A stretch of 64,000 bases of DNA. Source: Aggregatilineales bacterium. GTDB lineage: Bacteria; Chloroflexota; Anaerolineae; Aggregatilineales; J027. Below the pieces are notes generated by a model. The model was not told where the DNA came from and did no database searches. It saw nothing but the letters and a program-made list of their open reading frames with translations. The translations under genes were made by a program, and so were the position numbers. Shown here in pieces: positions 39,796 to 48,173 of the stretch (positions are counted from its first letter, which is position 1; every line of letters starts with the position of its first letter). The DNA is taken from the NCBI GenBank assembly GCA_965215855.1, contig CBDCER010000003.1, forward strand, positions 3,467,201-3,531,200, read 5' to 3'.

Positions 39796-40254
39796 ATGCC
39801 TGAAGGCGTGAAAGTAATCGCGAGAAATCGCAAAGCAAGTCATGATTATCACCTATTAGACCGTTATGAAGCTGGTTTGGTCTTGATGGGATCCGAAATC
39901 AAGTCCATTCGGTTAGGACACATCAGTTTACAGGAAGCATTTGTCACAGAGCAAAATGGCGAATTGTGGGTGCTGAATATGCACATTGCTGAGTATAAAC
40001 AGGCTGCCAAAGAAGGCCACGACCCGCGCCGTCCCCGCAAATTGCTTTTGCATCGTAAGGAGATAGCCAATATCGTTGACGAGTTGAGCCGTCGGGGCTA
40101 TACCGTTGTGCCGACACAACTGTATTTGAAACGGGGCCTTGCTAAGTTGGAAATTGCCATTGCTCGTGGCAAGAAACTTTATGATAAACGCCAGTCTTTG
40201 CGTGAGAAGGATGATCGACGGCGTACAGAACGTGCGCTAAAGGATTATAGATAA
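39796..40254 (+). CDS. smpB: SsrA-binding protein SmpB
   Basis: 152 aa. IARNRKASHDYHLLDRYEAGLVLMGSEIKSIR and a basic C-terminal tail are the canonical SmpB pattern. Confidence 0.92.
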   Translation: MPEGVKVIARNRKASHDYHLLDRYEAGLVLMGSEIKSIRLGHISLQEAFVTEQNGELWVLNMHIAEYKQAAKEGHDPRRPRKLLLHRKEIANIVDELSRRGYTVVPTQLYLKRGLAKLEIAIARGKKLYDKRQSLREKDDRRRTERALKDYR

Positions 40255-40262
40255 CGGAACCG

Positions 40263-41066
40263 ATGGATAATTTACCAGTAATCTGGCCGAATTCTATTCG
40301 GGGTATCAATGATCTGCCATACGAGCAGAAATCCGCAATTTATCGGACATTGATACCGGATTGGGTATTTTCACGTTTTCGTATTGACCCTGAAACGTTG
40401 ACCATTGATGGGGTGTTGGCAGTCAAAGTTCGATGTCCAGAGGGGAGCCGAGCGATGGAGCTTTCGGTTTACCTCGCGCCGGACGCTGATGACCCCTGCC
40501 TATATCTGAACATGGCCGATACATTTTTGGGACAGCTGATGGTGTTGTTGGTTGTGATGAGTGACCCGGATTCAGAGCGTTATATGATTGATCGGATGCC
40601 AGACGGCAAGCCAACAAATTTGGGTACATCATCGCGCAATATCCCCGAAGAAATCAGGGCGATGAAAGCCGGACTCGCGCCTGGGCAGATTCGCCCTGGT
40701 TTGCGAGGGTTTCGCCATTCGGTCCCATTTTTCGAGCAGTTTATAGAGAATATGCACCATGATCTCTTTTTGATCGAGCCGCTTTCTTATCACAATGCAA
40801 TTATCTTTGAACGGTATGGCTTTGGTTATACAGTGGGGCGTAAAGAGATGGAGCGCATTCACCAGGAATTCATGCCGGGCGGATTGCTGTATAATCGGTT
40901 GGATGACAGCACGCCATTTCGCAGCCCCGATGCTTGGCGCTCGGTGCGAGGACGTTCGTGGTCGATCCATGATGGCATCCTGGGGCATTCTTTCACTGGT
41001 TTTCATATGTACAAGCGCATCCAGCATCATGCAGGCGTCAACACTTTTCCAGATTCCCTTTGGTGA
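40263..41066 (+). CDS. hypothetical protein
   Basis: 267 aa, cytoplasmic by composition, with no motif I recognise. It ends 6 nt before the STAND gene. Confidence 0.5.
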   Translation: MDNLPVIWPNSIRGINDLPYEQKSAIYRTLIPDWVFSRFRIDPETLTIDGVLAVKVRCPEGSRAMELSVYLAPDADDPCLYLNMADTFLGQLMVLLVVMSDPDSERYMIDRMPDGKPTNLGTSSRNIPEEIRAMKAGLAPGQIRPGLRGFRHSVPFFEQFIENMHHDLFLIEPLSYHNAIIFERYGFGYTVGRKEMERIHQEFMPGGLLYNRLDDSTPFRSPDAWRSVRGRSWSIHDGILGHSFTGFHMYKRIQHHAGVNTFPDSLW

Positions 41067-41072
41067 GCTTGA

Positions 41073-43496
41073 ATGTCGTCGCCACTTCAACCAACACTTA
41101 CCATAAAGGCTCTGAAAAACGCATATGACGCGCTGCAACGAGCAGATGATGTCAGCGGCAGCCCGCTGCTCAATTATGTGCTGGTTCGCCAGAAATTGCA
41201 TGATCCGGGTTCATTACACGGTCCGATGGCTGAACGCTATGCAGTATTTGATGTATTGACTGATGTGCTAGTCAATGAATTGGAACATCTGCGCTCGCTT
41301 TATGGATACCCTGCACCAAATCCTAAAACGTCGTTAGAAGCGGCCATTGAGGATATGGTGCAGGATGGGCGTTCTCCCAATGAGCGCCTCATTGCTTGTA
41401 GTGCAGCCTATCATCGTTTTGTGCGCTCTGATTTAGAGTTATCGGTTCAAGTCATCGCAGATTACCTGGGGTATGATGAACGCATTGTTCGGCGCTACGC
41501 CGACCGGTCACTCTGGCCGCATTTGGTACAGACCTTGATTGGTCTGGAAACGCAGGCACGAGCAGCAGATTATCAGCGGCGTTGTTTGGTGGCTTTGCCG
41601 AGACATGCCGTCGCTCATCTTGTCACACAGCAACGTGTTATTGAGGCGACCTATGAACATCTTGCTTTTCAAGCACCATCAGCCTTTCTCGTGCATGGAC
41701 CGCCGGGTGCTGGAAAATCGACGATTGTGATGAAGGTTGGCGAAAAGCTGGTGAATGCAGGCCATATTGGTCAAGTGGCCTGGATTGACCTGGCGAATAC
41801 GCCATTGATAGCAGACCAATCCCATGCAGCTCAACTCGAAAACTATGTTTGTGATGCGTTGCACCTGGCTCGCCATTCTGGGGATGCTATTTTGCAATCC
41901 ACTTTACAACCCCACTTGCGTGTTCTTCATGAGCAAAATCGACAATTGATGATTGTGCTTGACAATGCTGATGGTTGGGAGGCTGCTATTCAGGCTGCCT
42001 GGCCCTGGATCAGCCATTGCGTTTTGCTGGTAACTGCCCACCAGCAGATGACGCCGTGGATGGGTGGCAGTATGCGTTGTGTTCCACTAGATGAGGCCGA
42101 TGCCACCACGCTTTTGGACTATCTGGAACAGCAACATAAACATAAGAAAAAGCGACATATAGAGATTGCGGTCCTCTTTGCTGAGTCAGGCGGCAATCCC
42201 GGTGCCATTCGGCAGGCCTTTCGCTTGGCAGATAGCTTGCCCTTACAGGCTGGCGTTTCTCGACAGGCATTGGTCCAGCACTATACGGCGCTGTGGAAAA
42301 ACTTGCCAGCCACGGCCCAGGCGTTGTGGGTTTTGATCCGGCTGTTTGAAGACCCGATATCGTATGAGAAATTGGCGGAAGCAGCGCCGGATTTTTTGGG
42401 TTTTGCATCCGCGCTGGTTGATGATAGTCTGTTGGCACTAATTGATGCTGGGCTGATTGATACGGACGACTATCTGTACCGCGCTCCAGATACCGTCTAT
42501 GCTGCGTTGGCAGATGTGTTGGGCGTGACATTGGAGAATATTGGCAAACGCCTCTTAACCAGAAGTGCCACTTTATTGGTTCAGGAAATGGCCTTTCGTT
42601 TGTTGCAATGGAGTGGGCCGCATTTGCCAGTGGCACTCCTCTTGAGCCTGGTTCAACGTGCCCGGCCATATATCTTGATGACAGGCTTATGGAGTTATTG
42701 GTTGTCGCTGATTGAGAAAATCGTTCAGATGCCAACGCTGTCGGCCTTCGAGCAGATGTATCTACAGCTTGAAGGGGTAGTAGCCCTGCGCTGGCTGGGG
42801 CGTTTTGATGATGCACTGGCCCAGGTTGAACGGATCATTCGTGAGAGCAGTCGTAGCCAGGATCAGATGGTGCTACGTGGCGAGGCATTGATTGAAAAAG
42901 CAACCATTCTCTGCTATCAGGATTCCATGCACGAGGCATTTCAAATCGCTCAACAAGCCTATGAGTTGTTTGAACCGACAGCCCATATCGGGCAAATTGA
43001 ACACAGCAAAATCACCATTGCGCGGGCTTTGCGGAAAGTGAACCCACGCCGGGCACGAGCCTGGGTTGAGGGAGTGCGGAATCGGGATGCAGTGGTGTGG
43101 GGCCTGATTGCCCGCCTGGAGATTGAGCTGAAAAATGGATCTGCGGCGGTATTGGCTGCTAAGAAAGCCCTGGAAATGTTGTCGCGCCATAGCCCAGATT
43201 ATGCACGTGGACAGGGCACGCTGGCCCAGGCGTTAATCCTGATAGGGGAAGTGGCGCAAGCCCTTGAATTTTATGATGCTGCGATCAACTTGCTTCAAAT
43301 TACGCAGGATTATGTTGGTTTGGCCCGGATGTATAATAATTTTGGGGCGGCACTGATGTCGGCGGGCAACCTGGATGATGCTAACAAACAGTTGGAGTTT
43401 GCGTTGTATCTTCAGGAAACGTTGCAAGATACTTATGGGCAGCGGATTGTCCGTGAAAACTTGATTTTGCTCCGCAAATTACAATCACGACTCTGA
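41073..43496 (+). CDS. STAND/NB-ARC-like P-loop NTPase with N-terminal sigma70-region-4-like HTH and C-terminal TPR repeats
   Basis: 807 aa. Putative HTH LSVQVIADYLGYDERIVRRYADRS, Walker A VHGPPGAGKST, Walker B-like LMIVLDNAD, and C-terminal TPR-like repeats (ALEFYDAAINL..., YVGLARMYNNFGAALMSAGNLDDANKQLEFAL). Confidence 0.7.
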   Translation: MSSPLQPTLTIKALKNAYDALQRADDVSGSPLLNYVLVRQKLHDPGSLHGPMAERYAVFDVLTDVLVNELEHLRSLYGYPAPNPKTSLEAAIEDMVQDGRSPNERLIACSAAYHRFVRSDLELSVQVIADYLGYDERIVRRYADRSLWPHLVQTLIGLETQARAADYQRRCLVALPRHAVAHLVTQQRVIEATYEHLAFQAPSAFLVHGPPGAGKSTIVMKVGEKLVNAGHIGQVAWIDLANTPLIADQSHAAQLENYVCDALHLARHSGDAILQSTLQPHLRVLHEQNRQLMIVLDNADGWEAAIQAAWPWISHCVLLVTAHQQMTPWMGGSMRCVPLDEADATTLLDYLEQQHKHKKKRHIEIAVLFAESGGNPGAIRQAFRLADSLPLQAGVSRQALVQHYTALWKNLPATAQALWVLIRLFEDPISYEKLAEAAPDFLGFASALVDDSLLALIDAGLIDTDDYLYRAPDTVYAALADVLGVTLENIGKRLLTRSATLLVQEMAFRLLQWSGPHLPVALLLSLVQRARPYILMTGLWSYWLSLIEKIVQMPTLSAFEQMYLQLEGVVALRWLGRFDDALAQVERIIRESSRSQDQMVLRGEALIEKATILCYQDSMHEAFQIAQQAYELFEPTAHIGQIEHSKITIARALRKVNPRRARAWVEGVRNRDAVVWGLIARLEIELKNGSAAVLAAKKALEMLSRHSPDYARGQGTLAQALILIGEVAQALEFYDAAINLLQITQDYVGLARMYNNFGAALMSAGNLDDANKQLEFALYLQETLQDTYGQRIVRENLILLRKLQSRL

Positions 43497-44792
43497 TGTG
43501 CTGAAACTTTCTTCCAAGTCACGGAGATATGGAATGGGATCAGTTACGTTGGCGGCGGCATTTCTGCCCTCGCGAACTTCAAAATGGAGATGAGGGGCAG
43601 TCGAGCAGCCTGTAGACCCTGCAAAACCGACCAGAAAACCATGTTCGTCGAAAGTATCTCCCACTTGTACGACGATTTCGCTCAGATGGGCATAAAGAAA
43701 ATAAGTTGTCCCATTCTGGATAACCACGTAGTTGCCATAACCTACGTGCGGCTCCTCGGAGCCTGGTAGGTAAGAACAGTCAAAATCGCCCTGGTCTGGC
43801 CCCGCATGAATGACCCGGCCCGGTGATGCTGATGTAATCGGCAACCCTTTGGAAACACCAAAGTCTGCCCCGGTGTGGAAGAACGGTTTGTCCGTAGGAC
43901 AATCTGTGCCATCATAGCCGGTTTGAAAAGCGTGACAACCATAGCCACGTCCAAGCCGGAGCGCCCGTTCCCAGCTCATACCAACTGGGAAAACGGTGGT
44001 TCGTGGCGGAAACGAGCGTGCAGTAGGCCCTTCAGAGGGACCCTCTTCAGGATTAACGAGAAAACGGTCCCAGTGTTGGAAGAATGTTTCAGGGCGTTCC
44101 AGGGCGTTCTGGGCTTCTTCATCCAGGCTACAATCCTCTGCTGGGTCAAAATCACGACCGATCTCGCGCCCTCCCTTATAAGGTATCCGTAGCTCATCGC
44201 CAAGATCAAGTGCATTCAAGTTGGTATTAATGGCGAGCAGTTCATCCCAACAGACGCCGAAACCTGCAATTAGGCTAATGGGGTTGATGCCAGGCCGCAT
44301 GATGAACACCAAGACGATTTCTGGGATTTCAGCTTCAACGACGGTGATATTGATGACCTCAGCAGATTGATTGCCTTGTAAATCGGTGGCTTGAATTTGC
44401 AAACGGATGATTCCAGCCTGTCGAGGTCGCCAGTTGAAGAGAATCTCTTGATACGTTGATCCTTCAAGAAATTGAGGTGAAGGTTGAACAGCGACATTGC
44501 CCTCACAAATCGTAATATCGGTGATACCATCGCCATCTTCGACGGTGAAGGGAATAGACATATTTCTACCCGCCACCGCTTCTCCAGGCAAGGCGTTGAG
44601 GGTGATGAGTGGCCCATCAGGACTGGAACGGAGATTGCCGCAAGCACCGGTGGTAGTGGTTACTTGCGATGTCCCTGTTCTCAGCGGCCCATCGTCTTCT
44701 TTCAAGGCTACGGCCAAGATGATGAATGCCAATCCTGCGCCAATAGCCAGCACACCTGCGCCAATCAGCCATGATTTAGGAATATTTATCAT
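43485..44792 (-). CDS. M23-family (LytM-type) peptidoglycan metalloendopeptidase
   Basis: 435 aa. TM anchor, Ig-like region, LysM-like segment (WDELLAINTNLNALDLGDELRIPY), and M23 motifs HTGADF, GYGNYVVIQ and STGCSTAPHLHFEV. It overlaps the convergent STAND gene by 12 nt. Confidence 0.85.
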   Translation of the reverse strand: MINIPKSWLIGAGVLAIGAGLAFIILAVALKEDDGPLRTGTSQVTTTTGACGNLRSSPDGPLITLNALPGEAVAGRNMSIPFTVEDGDGITDITICEGNVAVQPSPQFLEGSTYQEILFNWRPRQAGIIRLQIQATDLQGNQSAEVINITVVEAEIPEIVLVFIMRPGINPISLIAGFGVCWDELLAINTNLNALDLGDELRIPYKGGREIGRDFDPAEDCSLDEEAQNALERPETFFQHWDRFLVNPEEGPSEGPTARSFPPRTTVFPVGMSWERALRLGRGYGCHAFQTGYDGTDCPTDKPFFHTGADFGVSKGLPITSASPGRVIHAGPDQGDFDCSYLPGSEEPHVGYGNYVVIQNGTTYFLYAHLSEIVVQVGDTFDEHGFLVGFAGSTGCSTAPHLHFEVREGRNAAANVTDPIPYLRDLEESFSTSES

Positions 44793-44884
44793 CGAAATCT
44801 CTTGTCTCCAAAACTGGTTTAATCATTCTTCACTGGCTCACTATTGCCAAGTATCGCGTGGCATGTTAACATTTTCTATAGACT

Positions 44885-44957
44885 GCCCCTTTAGCTCAGC
44901 GGCCAGAGCAGTGGTCTTCGGAACCAAAGGTCGGGGGTTCGAATCCCTCAGGGGGCG
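44885..44957 (+). tRNA. tRNA-Arg (anticodon TCG)
   Basis: Hand-folded cloverleaf. Acceptor GCCCCTT/AGGGGGC, D arm GCTC-AGCGGCCA-GAGC, anticodon stem GTGGT/ACCAA with loop CT-TCG-GA. Variable loop AGGTC and T arm GGGGG-TTCGAAT-CCCTC. Confidence 0.8.
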
Positions 44958-44964
44958 ACTGTTG

Positions 44965-44986
44965 AAGCGCCAGCAGGCGTTTTTTC
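44965..44986 (+). terminator. rho-independent terminator after tRNA-Arg
   Basis: Stem AAGCGCC / GGCGTTT (one G-U pair) with loop AGCA, running into a T tract (TTTTTTC). Confidence 0.5.
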
Positions 44987-45360
44987 TTTGGTTGATGGGT
45001 ATTGTACTTGTGACGGCTCCCTATGAATGAATTCAGGGGTTTCTATGGATTAATACCGAGGCACTGCCGTCCCTATGCCATGTTTGAGGATTCTCTCTTT
45101 GGCGGTTCAGATTTTACGTGGCGGCCTGCACACGCAACCACTGGTTTACAATTTTTAAAGAGCCACGTTGAGCAAATATTGAATCTTTTCAGCTGCTGGT
45201 GTTTGACACCCAACCACATTGAGGATGAGTATACCATAGGATGTGTCTTACACCCCCATGTTTAAAGCAAAGGGGCATTGCGGCACTTTTTCGATAAACA
45301 TACACATGATACAATTCAAGCGTTTTATTTCAAGCATATCCACCCGTTAAGGTACTATTT

Positions 45361-46374
45361 ATGGCGAAAACGCGAGTCCTCTCTGGCATTCAACCTTCAG
45401 GTAATCTAACAATTGGCAATTATCTCGGTGCGATTAAGCAATGGGTTGAAAATCAGAACCAGTTTGATGCTTTCTATTGCGTTGTAGATCTACACGCGAT
45501 CACAGTTCCACATGATCCTCAACAGTTGATGGATAAATCACGAGAGGTTGTCGGGATCTATCTAGCTTGTGGCATTGATCCTGATGTGTCTACTGTGTTT
45601 GTCCAGTCTCATATCAAGGCTCATTCTGAACTAGCCTGGATGTTGATGTGTGTGACCCCGCTGGGCTGGTTGAACCGCATGACCCAGTATAAAGATAAAG
45701 CTGCTAAACAGGAAACTGAAAACGTCTCAAATGGCCTGTTAAGCTATCCTGTATTGATGGCTGCGGATATTTTGTTGTATCAGGCACAGCGTGTGCCAGT
45801 TGGTGATGATCAACGCCAGCACCTTGAATTCACCCGTGATCTTGCTCAACGTTTCAATCACCTGTTTGGTGAAACATTTACGATCCCGAAAGTCATGATT
45901 CCGCCTGCAGGGGCAAGGGTCATGGGGTTGGACGCACCGACCAATAAAATGAGTAAGAGCGAGGCTGCTCAAGGCCATGCGGTTTATATCTTGGATGAGC
46001 CAGATGTCATTCGTAAGAAGATCATGCGGGCTGTGACCGATAGCGGACGTGAGATTGTCTTTAGTGATGATCCGGCAAAGGCAGGTGTTAAAAATTTGCT
46101 GACGATTTACCAGGCGTTTACTGGCCTGGACACTGCGGCGGTTGAGGATCATTTTGCGGCGGCGCGTGGCTATGGCGATTTGAAGAAAGCGGTTGCTGAA
46201 GTGGTTGTTGAGGCATTGAAGCCAATTCAGGCACGATATCGAGAATTGACAGAAGACGTGCGGACTATTGATGAGGTGTTGGCGCAGGGTGCTGAACGGG
46301 CACGGCAAGTGGCTAATCAGACACTGCAACAAGCACATCAACATATGGGATTTTTGCCGCCGGTAGCGGGTTAA
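45361..46374 (+). CDS. trpS: tryptophan--tRNA ligase
   Basis: 337 aa. GIQPSGNLTIGNYLGA (HIGH-region variant), GDDQRQHLEFTRD and KMSKS motifs. Confidence 0.92.
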   Translation: MAKTRVLSGIQPSGNLTIGNYLGAIKQWVENQNQFDAFYCVVDLHAITVPHDPQQLMDKSREVVGIYLACGIDPDVSTVFVQSHIKAHSELAWMLMCVTPLGWLNRMTQYKDKAAKQETENVSNGLLSYPVLMAADILLYQAQRVPVGDDQRQHLEFTRDLAQRFNHLFGETFTIPKVMIPPAGARVMGLDAPTNKMSKSEAAQGHAVYILDEPDVIRKKIMRAVTDSGREIVFSDDPAKAGVKNLLTIYQAFTGLDTAAVEDHFAAARGYGDLKKAVAEVVVEALKPIQARYRELTEDVRTIDEVLAQGAERARQVANQTLQQAHQHMGFLPPVAG

Positions 46375-46378
46375 ACTG

Positions 46379-47092
46379 ATGAGCGATTCATCGTCTGCAA
46401 ACGACATGCCGGCCCCTTTATTGGGCTGCTTATATTGTCATGCTGAGGGTACTATTACCCAAATAGCGGCTCGCAAATTTGCAGGGCTGGGATCAGATTT
46501 TCCCCGATTGATTTGTAGTCGTTGTCAGTCTGTCGCTTGGTTCGATGAAGACCCAACCACTGGAGATTGGCGGATACACTACCGAAAGCATGGTCGTGGG
46601 CCATTATATCAGTTTGCCAGTGTTCGGTTGGGGACGGCTGGGTGGCTGAAAGCAGATGAGGCGCTGCAAGTCAGCACGCAGACCTATATACATCGTCAAC
46701 GATTGCAACAGGCTAAACGCGGTGATTTATCCTGGCTACGGGTTAATCAAACGCTGCCTCCCTCACTTCCTTCCAGCGAACGTGTTTATATGGTGTTTGA
46801 AAGCGTAACATTATATTCTCAGCAACCTCAGTCCAAGGTAGATGCGGTCGTCGATTCGGGTGCGATCTATATTACCGGTGCGAACTTGTATTTATTGGGA
46901 CGTGACCGCGAATGGGCCTATCCACTTGCCCAGATACAGCAGACAAAATTTACGGATAGTGAATGGCAGGTGGTCTTGGGTATGACGGATATACAGCAGT
47001 ATTTCGCTTGTAATCCGCAGACCCATGAACTGGACCCCCAACTGGCAGTTAATGTATTAAACGCACTGCGACAATCTCATAAGAACAGTTAA
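46379..47092 (+). CDS. hypothetical protein with N-terminal CxxC...CxxC zinc-ribbon-like motif
   Basis: 237 aa. It has the pairs CLYCH ... CSRCQ. The C-terminal half is unassigned, possibly a PH/GRAM-like beta-sandwich. Confidence 0.5.
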   Translation: MSDSSSANDMPAPLLGCLYCHAEGTITQIAARKFAGLGSDFPRLICSRCQSVAWFDEDPTTGDWRIHYRKHGRGPLYQFASVRLGTAGWLKADEALQVSTQTYIHRQRLQQAKRGDLSWLRVNQTLPPSLPSSERVYMVFESVTLYSQQPQSKVDAVVDSGAIYITGANLYLLGRDREWAYPLAQIQQTKFTDSEWQVVLGMTDIQQYFACNPQTHELDPQLAVNVLNALRQSHKNS

Positions 47093-47101
47093 GGATTGCT
47101 T

Positions 47102-47974
47102 ATGTCTCGTCAACTGTTTGTGCAAAATCTGTTACCAACGATCACTGAACAACAACTGCGAACTTTGTTTGCGGAGATTGGCCGTGTGGTCGAGATTCAG
47201 CGCCCCGTTGATCGTGAAACGGGAAAGCCGCGCCGGTTTGCCTTTATCACCATGGAAGATGAACAAGCTGGCATGGCGGCCATTGAGCGTTTGAACGGCC
47301 ATCAATTGGAAGGGCAGGCGCTGGCTGTTATGGCTGCCAAACCGCGCAAACCCAAACCTGCTCAAAAAAAGGAGGTTTTCGATTTGGCGAAACGTATCGC
47401 CGCCAAGTTGCAGGAGACTGACAAAAGACCGCGTACTCAGATTCGCCGGATCATTGAGGAATGTGGCGCGGAGTTTGCCCAGCAACTATTGGATGATACG
47501 TTGAAAATTGAAGCCGAGGAAGGGCTGATGACGCTTGATGGCAAGCGAAAACGTACTCGCGGTGGTATTTTCTTCAAACTCGCCAAAGATCGAATGCCGG
47601 CTGAAACTCGGGCTGATATTTTCCCGAATTGGCGTGAGATCAAACAGCGCCTTAAGGCTCGTAGGGCGGCTGAACGTGTCGATAAGCCTGCTGGTGATGG
47701 GGCGCGACCTAAATCCGGAGATCCTACAGCACCAGCCGAAGTGGTTGTTGATCCTAAAGTTGAGGCTGCTAAAGCGGCTGCTCAGAAGCGAAAACTCGTA
47801 AAGGCTAAGAAAAAATTACTGGCATTGCGCGAATCTGAGAAATCTGCCCAGCAACGCTTGACTGCTATTCAGTCCGGGCGTATTCAGGGGGGGATGTTCG
47901 AGGCGCTCAAAGAAGTGGCCGAAATCAAAGGAAAGATTGCAGCACTACAGAAGACACATCCTGAGTTGGAGTAG
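47102..47974 (+). CDS. RNA-binding protein: N-terminal RRM fused to PHAX-like (RNA_GG_bind-type) domain and basic coiled tail
   Basis: The ATG at 47102 has AAGGA 6 nt upstream. The RRM has RNP2 LFVQNL and RNP1 RRFAFITM. The middle region IRRIIEECGAEFAQQLLDDTLKIEAEEGLMTLDGKRKRTRGGIFFKLAK resembles the PHAX RNA-binding domain pattern. Confidence 0.7.
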   Translation: MSRQLFVQNLLPTITEQQLRTLFAEIGRVVEIQRPVDRETGKPRRFAFITMEDEQAGMAAIERLNGHQLEGQALAVMAAKPRKPKPAQKKEVFDLAKRIAAKLQETDKRPRTQIRRIIEECGAEFAQQLLDDTLKIEAEEGLMTLDGKRKRTRGGIFFKLAKDRMPAETRADIFPNWREIKQRLKARRAAERVDKPAGDGARPKSGDPTAPAEVVVDPKVEAAKAAAQKRKLVKAKKKLLALRESEKSAQQRLTAIQSGRIQGGMFEALKEVAEIKGKIAALQKTHPELE

Positions 47975-48112
47975 AAAAGAAATCTCACCCAGGGTGAGCA
48001 AGGTGAGATTGAAACAAGCATAGATTGATTGTTAATTCTGGCAGAAAATTGAATGCTGCGCCAGTTGATTTTGCCGGAAAAACCAGCAAGCGTTTTCAAC
48101 CACTTTTCGCAA

Positions 48113-48154
48113 CAAAAAACACGGCTGACTTTTCATAAAATCAGCCGTGTTTTG
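48113..48154. terminator. bidirectional rho-independent terminator between convergent genes
   Basis: 10-bp perfect stem ACACGGCTGA (48119-48128) / TCAGCCGTGT (48141-48150). It is flanked by an A run on the left and a T run on the right, so both strands see a stem plus U-tract. It lies 20 nt downstream of the nuclease stop on the minus strand. Confidence 0.75.
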
Positions 48155-48173
48155 TTATGTGTATCGTTACTGG

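Noticed and set aside
39793-40262. tmRNA (ssrA) gene adjacent to smpB.
   Set aside because: smpB is flanked by coding sequence with gaps of 3 and 8 nt. There is no room for a ~350-nt ssrA gene, and no tRNA-like acceptor/T-arm sequence is nearby.
44958-45360. Possible T-box leader or other riboswitch in the 400-nt untranslated gap upstream of trpS. An 80-aa ORF at 45023..45265 also lies here.
   Set aside because: I could not find the conserved T-box sequence (AAnnnGGGTGGTACCGCG-like), a specifier-loop arrangement with UGG, or a terminator/antiterminator pair. The 80-aa ORF has no RBS or recognisable motif and looks like noise. The function of the gap stays unknown.
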